Virus record (IMG/VR): IMGVR_UViG_2236876025_000005
Coordinates: 1,662 to 65,661 of that record
Source: a virus
Taxonomy: Duplodnaviria > Caudoviricetes
Length of the DNA stretch: 64,000 bases
Reading direction: 5' to 3' (one strand)
Part shown: one piece after another, positions 45,105 through 53,376 of the stretch
Layout: each line of letters begins with the position of its first letter
How positions within the stretch are numbered: position 1 is the first letter of the stretch
Program-made: the position numbers and the translations under genes
Notes under the pieces: generated by a model
What the model saw: only the letters and a program-made list of their open reading frames with translations
Database searches by the model: none
What the model was told of the DNA's origin: nothing

Positions 45105-45478
45105 AGAATCAGTCTGAACTTTTGTTTGGGTTTCGGTACGGGTGTGTACGTCGGTTCGGGGTTGAGGCTGTGTTCGAGGGCGTCTGTGACGGCGTCGTAG
45201 AACAGTGCCACGTCCTTGGGTGTGTGTCTGTCGTAGTCTATCAGTGCCTTGGGGTGTGACAGGTCGCTTGACTTGTGAAACCCTCTGAGGTATATTGGTT
45301 CTCGACCGTGTTCCTGATAGTACACGAGTTTGTCTCCGCACCTGATGTAGAGTACGGTGTCGGGCGCGTCGTTCTGACGGCAGTAGGCGAGCGCGGCGCG
45401 TCGAGACCTGTCGAGGTCGTCGGCTCTGAGACCGTTCCGATACACGGAGTAGTGCAGTAGGGTTACAGGCTTTCTCAT
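45101..45478 (-). CDS. hypothetical protein
   Basis: 125-aa coupled ORF. Confidence 0.7.
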   Translation of the reverse strand: MRKPVTLLHYSVYRNGLRADDLDRSRRAALAYCRQNDAPDTVLYIRCGDKLVYYQEHGREPIYLRGFHKSSDLSHPKALIDYDRHTPKDVALFYDAVTDALEHSLNPEPTYTPVPKPKQKFRLIL

Positions 45479-46197
45479 TGTTCGTACTCGCTTATTTCGT
45501 TCGGTGTGACGCGTATGACCGCCCTGACGTTGTTTTTGTATTCTGACGCGCTTGTGTCGGGTCTGACGGGCATATACTCATACGAGCCGTCGGTGTACTC
45601 GACGCGGTAGAACGCGTTTTTTGTTTGGCAACCTGTGAGGGTTGCGAGTGAGAGCAAAAGGCATATACGGAGAGGTACGCGCGTGATGTTATGAATACAC
45701 GTGTGTATGTATTCATAAAGAGAGTATATACGTGTGTACGTACTTATAAGGCTTTTGTCTTCTGAGTTATAACGACAGTTGTTACTGTTATTGCTGTTAC
45801 AATAACTGTAATCACTGTTACGGTTATTACTACTGTTACTATTATTATTGTTATTATTCGTCGTTTTTTTCCTTGCACGTCCAATTTCTACAACCCTATA
45901 CACCGTGTCAGTCTGTAAGTTCTTGATACACTGACGCATACGGAACAAGATGCGGTCTGATGTGTGGTTTTTTGGATTTTCCGTTAATATTATGTTAAAT
46001 AGACTTGTCTTAAATTCAGAAAAAATATCACTTATTGTTAAATAGAAATTATTATTGTTAAATTGATTTGCCTTAAATGATTGAAATACAGGTGTGTTTA
46101 AGTAGGTAGTAAATTTATTGTTAAATAAAACGTTCTTAAAATCAGAAAAATCGTCATTTATTGTTAAATAGGATAATATGTGAGTGTCTTTAATCAT
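45475..46197 (-). CDS. AT-rich, Asn-rich ORF with C-terminal lipoprotein-like segment
   Basis: Poly-N tract; LLLSLATLTG-C lipobox-like segment; promoter box at 46215. Confidence 0.45.
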   Translation of the reverse strand: MIKDTHILSYLTINDDFSDFKNVLFNNKFTTYLNTPVFQSFKANQFNNNNFYLTISDIFSEFKTSLFNIILTENPKNHTSDRILFRMRQCIKNLQTDTVYRVVEIGRARKKTTNNNNNNSNSSNNRNSDYSYCNSNNSNNCRYNSEDKSLISTYTRIYSLYEYIHTCIHNITRVPLRICLLLSLATLTGCQTKNAFYRVEYTDGSYEYMPVRPDTSASEYKNNVRAVIRVTPNEISEYEQ

Positions 46198-46224
46198 AGA
46201 ATGTTTGTTTTCCGCAAATATAGC

Positions 46225-46437
46225 TTAAAGTCCGATATAGTCCGTGAGTTTCTTGATTTTTTCCGTTGACATAGCGATATTGCCCTTCAGGAACGCGTTT
46301 AGGTTCTGAGGGTAGAATCCGAGGTCGAGCGCGATTTTGCGCTGAACGAGACCCTTGCCCTTGATTGTGTCGTTGATTCGGGCTATGAACTCAGCCCTGT
46401 TGTACGTCTTCTCGTACAGAATGTCCTTTATCTCCAT
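46225..46437 (-). CDS. XRE/Cro-family HTH transcription regulator
   Basis: QRKIALDLGFYPQNLNAFLKG..MSTEKIKKL..YIGL. Confidence 0.8.
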   Translation of the reverse strand: MEIKDILYEKTYNRAEFIARINDTIKGKGLVQRKIALDLGFYPQNLNAFLKGNIAMSTEKIKKLTDYIGL

Positions 46438-46474
46438 AGTCGTAGTGTTTTATTGTCGTTTTACAATACGGGGG

Positions 46475-46499
46475 CAAAGATAACAAAATAATTGTTACA
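46475..46499 (-). promoter_or_regulatory. -7 promoter box with palindromic operator (HTH gene)
   Basis: CAAAGATA; GATAACAA-AATAA-TTGTTACA. Confidence 0.65.
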
Positions 46500-46501
46500 C
46501 G

Positions 46502-47719
46502 CTACGCTTGTTGAAAACTCGCCCGAGGCTTGTTGAAAACGAGGGTGTTCCTCAGGACTGTCTCCGTGACGGACAGTTCGGTGTCGTCCGTAAGGGTGAG
46601 ACCGTCGAGGTGCTTGCGCCTGATTACGGCGCGAGAGGGGTTCACGAGGTGTCGGTGTCCGAACGACGGTATGTACGCGAGGCGCGAGCGTCGTTGCATA
46701 GAACCGTTTGTCGGGGACTTGTAGTATTCGGTGTACATACTCTCGATTAGGTCGCGTCCGTGTTCGGTGTCGTCGATGAAGAAGACGAGGTCGTCGGGGT
46801 CTGTGTCGGGCGTCCATCTGTCTCGGGACGGGTTGTCGGACTTTATCAGTGTGACGCTGTGTCTCTCGGTGAGTTCGGTCATTCTCTTGGTGGGCTTGTA
46901 CGATTCGGGTACGTACAGGAACACCTTGTCGGGTCTGAGGCTCTGACCGAACAGCGACTCCATCCTGTCGGCGGACGGCTTGTTGGCGTGTACGCTGACG
47001 GCGATTGTGTCGGCGTCGGGGTGTCCGAAATGCGCGAGGGACTGTTGCAGGTGTGTTCTGAACGCGCCTCTGTTGAGCGTCCTGAGTTTCGGGTTGCCGC
47101 TGAAATCGCTGACCGCCTGTGTTCCGTATATGCAACGGCACTTCACGCCTGACGTGTTGCAATAGACGGACATAAAGGCGTCGTCGTCTGTGGGTGCGGT
47201 GTCGAACCCGTCTCTCAGCACCTGTTCGTCGAACCTGAACGTTTCGGGCGGCACGAGGACGCCGTTGTTAGTCCACAGCCAATACTTGCCGAACGCGGTG
47301 TCGGTGTCCCTGACGGGTATCCTGTACTCGGACAGGAAACCGCGCTTGGGTACGCTTATTGTCTTGGCGTATATGACATTGCCGTCGTCGTGCCTGCCGA
47401 GGACGGCGGACAGCGTCAGCCAAGTGTCGGGGCTGTAAAGTATGTCGTCGTCCGCTATGAACACGGCGTGTTTGTCGAACTCGCGCTCGGTCAGGGCGAG
47501 GTATTTCTTATAAGACCTGATGTCGTCGGTTATCCTGACGGACAGTTTCGGGTGCTTGAACATAAGGTTCTTGTCCAACAGCCCGTAGTCCTGTTCCGTC
47601 AGGTACAAAAGCACGGCGTCGGGTTTGAAACCCGTCATTCCGTATATTGATTCGAGTGTCTTCGGTAGCGTTTTGCTCAGACGCTCACCGTATGACGTTA
47701 TTGATACTACTGTGTTCAT
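46502..47719 (-). CDS. GT-A fold glycosyltransferase with a second, degenerate GT-like domain
   Basis: VVSITSYGERL..TLESI..PDAVLLYL..SYKKY..FIADDDILY; repeat ESLFGQSLRPDKVFLYV..FFIDD. Confidence 0.75.
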   Translation of the reverse strand: MNTVVSITSYGERLSKTLPKTLESIYGMTGFKPDAVLLYLTEQDYGLLDKNLMFKHPKLSVRITDDIRSYKKYLALTEREFDKHAVFIADDDILYSPDTWLTLSAVLGRHDDGNVIYAKTISVPKRGFLSEYRIPVRDTDTAFGKYWLWTNNGVLVPPETFRFDEQVLRDGFDTAPTDDDAFMSVYCNTSGVKCRCIYGTQAVSDFSGNPKLRTLNRGAFRTHLQQSLAHFGHPDADTIAVSVHANKPSADRMESLFGQSLRPDKVFLYVPESYKPTKRMTELTERHSVTLIKSDNPSRDRWTPDTDPDDLVFFIDDTEHGRDLIESMYTEYYKSPTNGSMQRRSRLAYIPSFGHRHLVNPSRAVIRRKHLDGLTLTDDTELSVTETVLRNTLVFNKPRASFQQA

Positions 47720-47732
47720 TTCGTTATGTCTG

Positions 47733-50700
47733 TTATATTGGTAACACTCGCACGTTTGGGTTCGGCGCACCCCAAGGGGCGTTGGTCGTGTCGCCGTTGT
47801 AATGTATGGTCAAAAGGTTCTCGCATTCGGTGAACACGTACGCGGCTATCGTTGCCGAGGCGTTCTCGATGGTGATTGTTTCGAGACTGTCGCACGAATA
47901 GAACGCGGACGTGCCTATGCTCGTGACACCCGACGGGACGCTGATTGAGACAAGGCTGTCACAGTCTTGGAATGCGCTGTTGCCGATGGTTGTCAGACCG
48001 CTACCGAGGAACGTCACGTCGTTTAGTTTGGCGCAGTTGCTGAACGCGTAACCGTCTATCGACGTAATGTTGTTTCTTATGGTAATCTTTTCTATGTCCG
48101 AATAGTTGAACGCGTAACTGTCTATCGATGTCATATTATTGCCCGTCGTGACTTTTTTCGCAGGCGAGTACATAAACGCGTTGCTCGCTATGTTCGTGAA
48201 CGAACTCGGAATCGTTATTTCCGTGTTCGAGCCTATGTAACAGTACAGCGTCGTCGCACTGTCCGAGTAAACGAAACCGTTGGCATCCGCCGTGCCGTTA
48301 TGGTGTGACGCCCCCCAAAAGAACTCGTCGTAAGCCGCGCCGTGATATGAAATGTAATACACATTGTAAAACGCGTTTGACCCTATCGTTGCGACCGTGC
48401 TTGGTACGTCGAGTATAAGCCTGTCGCAACCCATAAAGGAAACGCTCTTTATTTCCGTAACGGTGCTTGGTATGTTTACAGACCTGAGCGTGTAACAGCT
48501 TTCAAACGCGCCCATAGGTATCAACGTTATGTTGTTCGCGGTTGACAATACGACGGTTTTGAGCGTGTTTGGTATGTATGACGTCAGCCACATCACGTCA
48601 TAGTATTGGTCTGCCCTGTACGAGTTGTCATACGACGTCGTTCCGAATATATAGCCGAACGGTTTTCCGTTGTTGTCACCTATAAACGGTATCCTGATGT
48701 ACTCCAAAGACGAACAGCCACTCAGTGCGCCTGCGGCTATTGTGGTGACACCGTCGTTTATAGTCAGGCGTTCGAGGTTCGACTTCTCGACGAGCGCGGT
48801 AAATCCTGCGTTGCTGTTGCACTCATAGTCCGTGACGTTCGTACAGCCCTTGAAAGCGTTTGACCCTATCGAGGTGACATTGCTCGGAACTGTTATCGAT
48901 GTCAGACCCGTGCAGTTCTCGAAAGCCGACGAACTTATGGCTGTCACAGTGCTTGGTATCGTGAGCGTTGTCAGACCCGTACAGCCCTTGAACGTGTTTG
49001 AACTGATACTTGACACCGAACTCGGTATCGGAAGGGTCGTGAGACCCGTGCAGTTTTGGAACGCGTTTGACCCTATCGAGGTGACACTGTTCGGAATCGA
49101 GACGGACGTCAGACCTGAACAGTCCTTGAACGCTGATTCGGCTATCGCTGTCACGTCGAATGTGTTTCCCGACGTAACGCTCGACGGTATCGTGACAGAC
49201 CCTGTGTATGTGTCCGCCGCAACCCAAACCTCATCTTTCGACCTGACCCAATAATTGACACCGTCCTTTTTCATATACAGGTTGCTGATAGAAAAACCCT
49301 TCGCGTTGTTAGTTGTAACCGTCAAAACACTCGTGCAGTCCTTGAACGTGTACTGTTGGAACGACGTGACACCGCTTGATATGTAAACGGACGTGGCTGA
49401 GGTGCAACCCTCGAACGCGGATATTCCGAGTGCCGTCACCGTGTCGGGTATGTTTATAGCCGTCAGCCCCGTGCAACCCTTGAACGCGCTGTTGCCGATG
49501 GTTGTCACGCTCGACGGTATAGATACGGACGTTATGTTCGTGCAGTTCTCGAAAGCCGACGAACTTATGGCTGTCACAGTGTACGAGCCGCCTGCCGTGA
49601 ACGAGCCTATACTAACACTTCCCGACGTGTTCGGATGGCTGTGTATTACAGCCGTGTTCTTTGTTATTATCTGATACTTGACACCGTCTTTCGTTAAATA
49701 CAGATTCTTGGTGCTGTAATCCAAGTCGTTGTCTATCGTCACGGACGTCAGACTGTTGCAGTTCTTAAACGTGTCAGTGTCCAACGTCGTGACAGAACTT
49801 GGTATCGTTATCGTAGTCAGACCCGTGCAACCTCTGAACGCGTACTTGCCGACAGTTGTCACGGTGTTCGGAATAGCGAACAGGGTCAGGCTTGGATTCG
49901 TGTTGTATATAAGATTCAGTTTGCCTGACGTCTCGTAATACATTAAATTCTCGACATACGGGTTCATATACAACGCGCCCCAAAACTTACCGTATGTGCC
50001 TGTGTCAACAGGTGGCTCGCCGTTATAGTTTATTATCAGTATGTTGTCGAACGCGTGCTTTCCTATGTCACTGACACCGTCGGGAATGTTTATTATAAAC
50101 ACGTTCGAGCAGTTCTTGAACGCCTCTTCACCGATTCTCAGAGTGCCGCTGTGCATTGCGACGGACGTCAGGGTCGTGTTGCCTGAGAACATACTGTCAT
50201 CGAATCCTATTACGCTAAACGTTGTTCCTGCCGTCACTGACGCCGACAGCACGAAATCACCGCTGTATGTCTTGTTGCTCGGTGTCAGGACAACCGTGTT
50301 TGTTCCGACAACCTTGTACATATCGTTATTGCCGTCAGTGAAACACAGGTAGGCTTTGTCTAAGTCGGCTGTGCTGTTCACCGTGACTGAGGTAATGTTG
50401 CTACTGTTCTTGAACGTCTGATTACCGACAGCCTCAACTGTCGCAGGAATTGTCACACTCGTAATCGAATCACAGTTGTAAAACGTATAGTCCTTCAGTT
50501 CGGTGACAGTGCTTGGTATCGTGAGCGACGTTACAAGCGTGTCGTTTATGTACAGACTGCCCGACGGTCTCATCGGGTTCGCGAAAGAATCACCAAAGTT
50601 TATGTCGCACAAAGCCTCGATACTTGCGAAATTAGCCTTGTTTATAGCGTTGCTACCATAGAACGCGTTTACGCCTATTCCCTTAACGGACTGAGGTATG

Positions 50701-53210
50701 TTTACTGTCGTCAGCCTCGAACAGTTCGCGAGCGAACCGTAATACAGGATACGACAACCCGTGCTTATGTCAACAGTTGTGATTGACGTGTTCTTTGCTT
50801 TCATAAGCACAAGATACTGATTCGTCCCGTTACCTATGTAATAGGCGTTGTCGTACGTGTTATAGCTTATTCTCGAACAGTTGGCGAACGCCGCGCCCAC
50901 TATTTCCTCGATACCGTTTCCGACTGTTATTGTCGTCAGGTACGAACAGCCCCTGAAGGCGTTGGTGTCTATTTTCTTAACCCCGTCACCCAAAGTTACG
51001 GTCGTCAAAGCCGTACAGCCGTTGAACGCGCTCTCGCTCACCGTAGCCGCGTAAACAGTAGCCGTGATTAGTTGGGTATAGCTTTTGAATGTCTCTTTGG
51101 ACATAGTCACACTGTCTCCGACAGTCACGTTTTTCAGTTTAGTCTTTATGCTCGTTATAAGTGAACCCATCAGGTCGTTGTTATAACTCAACGTCTCGAT
51201 ATTGGTTGTATAATTGAAAGCGTTTGAACTGATGGTTTCCGTCTTTCCTATCGTAAGCGACTTCAGACCCGAACAACTGTAAAACGCCAAACTGTCTATT
51301 GTCTTTACACTGTCAGGAATCACAACCGACGTCAGACCTGAGCAAGCATAGAACGCTGACGCCTCAACTTTAACAACAGAGAACGTGTTTCCTTTTGACA
51401 CCGAACTCGGTATCACTATGTCGCCTGTGTAACTATTCGACATAACGGAAATACTATTCTTGTTTAACACTTTGTATTTCAGACTGTTATTTATAAAATA
51501 CAGATATGAGTTGGTGAAATCCGCGTCTGTCAGAATATTTATAGAAGACGATACGGTGCAGTTGCTGAACGCATAACTTACAGACAGAACCGAACTTGGT
51601 ATTGTTATAGACGTAAGCGAACAACCCGTGAACGCGTTGTTATCTATCGCTGTCACGTCGAAATCAGTTCCCGAGTGAACAATGCTTGGTATAATCACGT
51701 CGCCTGAATACGCTGTCTGTTTTGAGACAACATAAACGACGTCCTTGTCCATAACTTTGTACCTTATGTTTCCCGAGGTAAAATACAAGTCTAACGAATC
51801 ATACTCAATATCATACTCACTGTTGATAGTGACAGACGTAATGTTGTTGCAACCATTGTAAGCATTAGAATCTATTGTTGTCACGTTACTCGGAATTACA
51901 ACAGAGGACAGGTTACAATTTCTGAACGCGCCGTTGCCTATTTCCTCGATAGTATTCGCTAACATAGCGGATGTCAGGTTGTAACACCAAGCGAAAGCAC
52001 CCCTGCTTATTTCCGTGATATATTTGTTTGTACTGCTGTTCTGTACGTCAACCGAGGTTATGTTGCCACAGTTGGCGAAAGCTATATCGTCTATTGACTT
52101 GACAAGGAATGTTTTGTTAGATTCACTCACCGTGTCAGGTATGACTATCGCGCTCGCTGTCGGGTTGTATTTGGCGACGCTCACCTCTGTCCCTGAGGTT
52201 ATCCTGTACCTCAGACCGTTCTTTACGAACTTCAGTTGCATATCAGCCGCCGACGATTCAAACGTTCCGTTTCCGACGAGCGACAGCATTTTGGTAATCA
52301 GTGATTCACTCAGGACACAGCCGACAATCTTATCCGAGTATATTTCGCTTTCCCACTCGGCGGAACTGTCGAACATTCCGTAAGCGTACATAAGGCTCGC
52401 GAATGTCGTATTGCTATTCAGGACGATTGAGTTCTCACCTATTGAGTTGCATTCATAGAACATATAACCCGTATCGGTGACGCTGTTCAGTGTTGACCTT
52501 GAAAAATCAACCTTTGTGAGTTTTGTACAGCCGCTGAACGCCGACGAGGTGGTCACAGTGTGTGACAGGTCGTCAGCCTGTTTGAAATCAGCACTTTTAA
52601 TCTGTATTCCGCCGCCGCAACCGCAACCCCCTCCGCTCTCTTCTGTGTGAAAACCGTACAGGCTTTTTATTCTCCAAGTGTTAGGATAGTTGAACGTCCA
52701 CCGTCCGTTCCTGTAAACGTTAGATTCTATTTCAGCCGACAGTTCGTACCCTATCACATTCTCGTTCTCGTCAGTGACCTCCTGCCATTCTGTCTTGTCG
52801 TAGTTCCAATCAATATCGTCGTAGTCTATTTCGGATTGGTCTGTCGTAGCCGAGAATGTCACGTAGAACGTCATAGTGTCAATAACGGGCGTCTCTGACG
52901 TCTTTACGGCAGGATGCTCGTATATGTATTCCTGTATGTCGCCCTCGATATAGTGAACGTCAGTCTTGTCTAAGAAATAGTGCCAAGCGTTGTCAGAACA
53001 GTAAACTTTATCGCCTGTCGTGTCGGAATAGTAATAGTAACAGCCTGCGACATACACTCTTTCGTCGTTCTCGTCCAAGTAGTAATACTTGCCCTCGTTA
53101 TAATCATAGGACAGGTTTTCGTCATATATGTTCTTGTAACCGTAAAACGTCGTTGACGCTATTCCCTCGAACTTTTTAAGGTCTATATCAGTTGCCGCTA
53201 TTGTTGTCAT
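47733..53210 (-). CDS. 1825-aa BspA/TpLRR leucine-rich-repeat protein (putative adhesin or receptor-binding protein)
   Basis: Dozens of IPxSVTxIGxxAFxxCxxL repeats, interspersed with a recurring LYFxxxxxKYxV...YxGxxxIPxxV module. Confidence 0.9.
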   Translation of the reverse strand: MTTIAATDIDLKKFEGIASTTFYGYKNIYDENLSYDYNEGKYYYLDENDERVYVAGCYYYYSDTTGDKVYCSDNAWHYFLDKTDVHYIEGDIQEYIYEHPAVKTSETPVIDTMTFYVTFSATTDQSEIDYDDIDWNYDKTEWQEVTDENENVIGYELSAEIESNVYRNGRWTFNYPNTWRIKSLYGFHTEESGGGCGCGGGIQIKSADFKQADDLSHTVTTSSAFSGCTKLTKVDFSRSTLNSVTDTGYMFYECNSIGENSIVLNSNTTFASLMYAYGMFDSSAEWESEIYSDKIVGCVLSESLITKMLSLVGNGTFESSAADMQLKFVKNGLRYRITSGTEVSVAKYNPTASAIVIPDTVSESNKTFLVKSIDDIAFANCGNITSVDVQNSSTNKYITEISRGAFAWCYNLTSAMLANTIEEIGNGAFRNCNLSSVVIPSNVTTIDSNAYNGCNNITSVTINSEYDIEYDSLDLYFTSGNIRYKVMDKDVVYVVSKQTAYSGDVIIPSIVHSGTDFDVTAIDNNAFTGCSLTSITIPSSVLSVSYAFSNCTVSSSINILTDADFTNSYLYFINNSLKYKVLNKNSISVMSNSYTGDIVIPSSVSKGNTFSVVKVEASAFYACSGLTSVVIPDSVKTIDSLAFYSCSGLKSLTIGKTETISSNAFNYTTNIETLSYNNDLMGSLITSIKTKLKNVTVGDSVTMSKETFKSYTQLITATVYAATVSESAFNGCTALTTVTLGDGVKKIDTNAFRGCSYLTTITVGNGIEEIVGAAFANCSRISYNTYDNAYYIGNGTNQYLVLMKAKNTSITTVDISTGCRILYYGSLANCSRLTTVNIPQSVKGIGVNAFYGSNAINKANFASIEALCDINFGDSFANPMRPSGSLYINDTLVTSLTIPSTVTELKDYTFYNCDSITSVTIPATVEAVGNQTFKNSSNITSVTVNSTADLDKAYLCFTDGNNDMYKVVGTNTVVLTPSNKTYSGDFVLSASVTAGTTFSVIGFDDSMFSGNTTLTSVAMHSGTLRIGEEAFKNCSNVFIINIPDGVSDIGKHAFDNILIINYNGEPPVDTGTYGKFWGALYMNPYVENLMYYETSGKLNLIYNTNPSLTLFAIPNTVTTVGKYAFRGCTGLTTITIPSSVTTLDTDTFKNCNSLTSVTIDNDLDYSTKNLYLTKDGVKYQIITKNTAVIHSHPNTSGSVSIGSFTAGGSYTVTAISSSAFENCTNITSVSIPSSVTTIGNSAFKGCTGLTAINIPDTVTALGISAFEGCTSATSVYISSGVTSFQQYTFKDCTSVLTVTTNNAKGFSISNLYMKKDGVNYWVRSKDEVWVAADTYTGSVTIPSSVTSGNTFDVTAIAESAFKDCSGLTSVSIPNSVTSIGSNAFQNCTGLTTLPIPSSVSSISSNTFKGCTGLTTLTIPSTVTAISSSAFENCTGLTSITVPSNVTSIGSNAFKGCTNVTDYECNSNAGFTALVEKSNLERLTINDGVTTIAAGALSGCSSLEYIRIPFIGDNNGKPFGYIFGTTSYDNSYRADQYYDVMWLTSYIPNTLKTVVLSTANNITLIPMGAFESCYTLRSVNIPSTVTEIKSVSFMGCDRLILDVPSTVATIGSNAFYNVYYISYHGAAYDEFFWGASHHNGTADANGFVYSDSATTLYCYIGSNTEITIPSSFTNIASNAFMYSPAKKVTTGNNMTSIDSYAFNYSDIEKITIRNNITSIDGYAFSNCAKLNDVTFLGSGLTTIGNSAFQDCDSLVSISVPSGVTSIGTSAFYSCDSLETITIENASATIAAYVFTECENLLTIHYNGDTTNAPWGAPNPNVRVLPI

Positions 53211-53364
53211 TCTGCTCGGTGTTTATGTTTACATTTCCGTTATCATCGTTCACCCCGTACAGGTCAGGGTCGAACCATTCCGTCGCCGCGCCGTTCACAT
53301 TGTAGTAAAACAGTTCAGGCTCTGTTTTCTTTTGGCTTACCAACCAATGCCAATACCGTATCAT
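53188..53364 (-). CDS. 58-aa ORF (MIRYWHWLVSQKK...) overlapping the LRR gene start
   Basis: Translated by hand; fills the gap between the fibre and LRR genes. Confidence 0.5.
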   Translation of the reverse strand: MIRYWHWLVSQKKTEPELFYYNVNGAATEWFDPDLYGVNDDNGNVNINTEQNDNNSGN

Positions 53365-53376
53365 ATCCTTGTTGTT

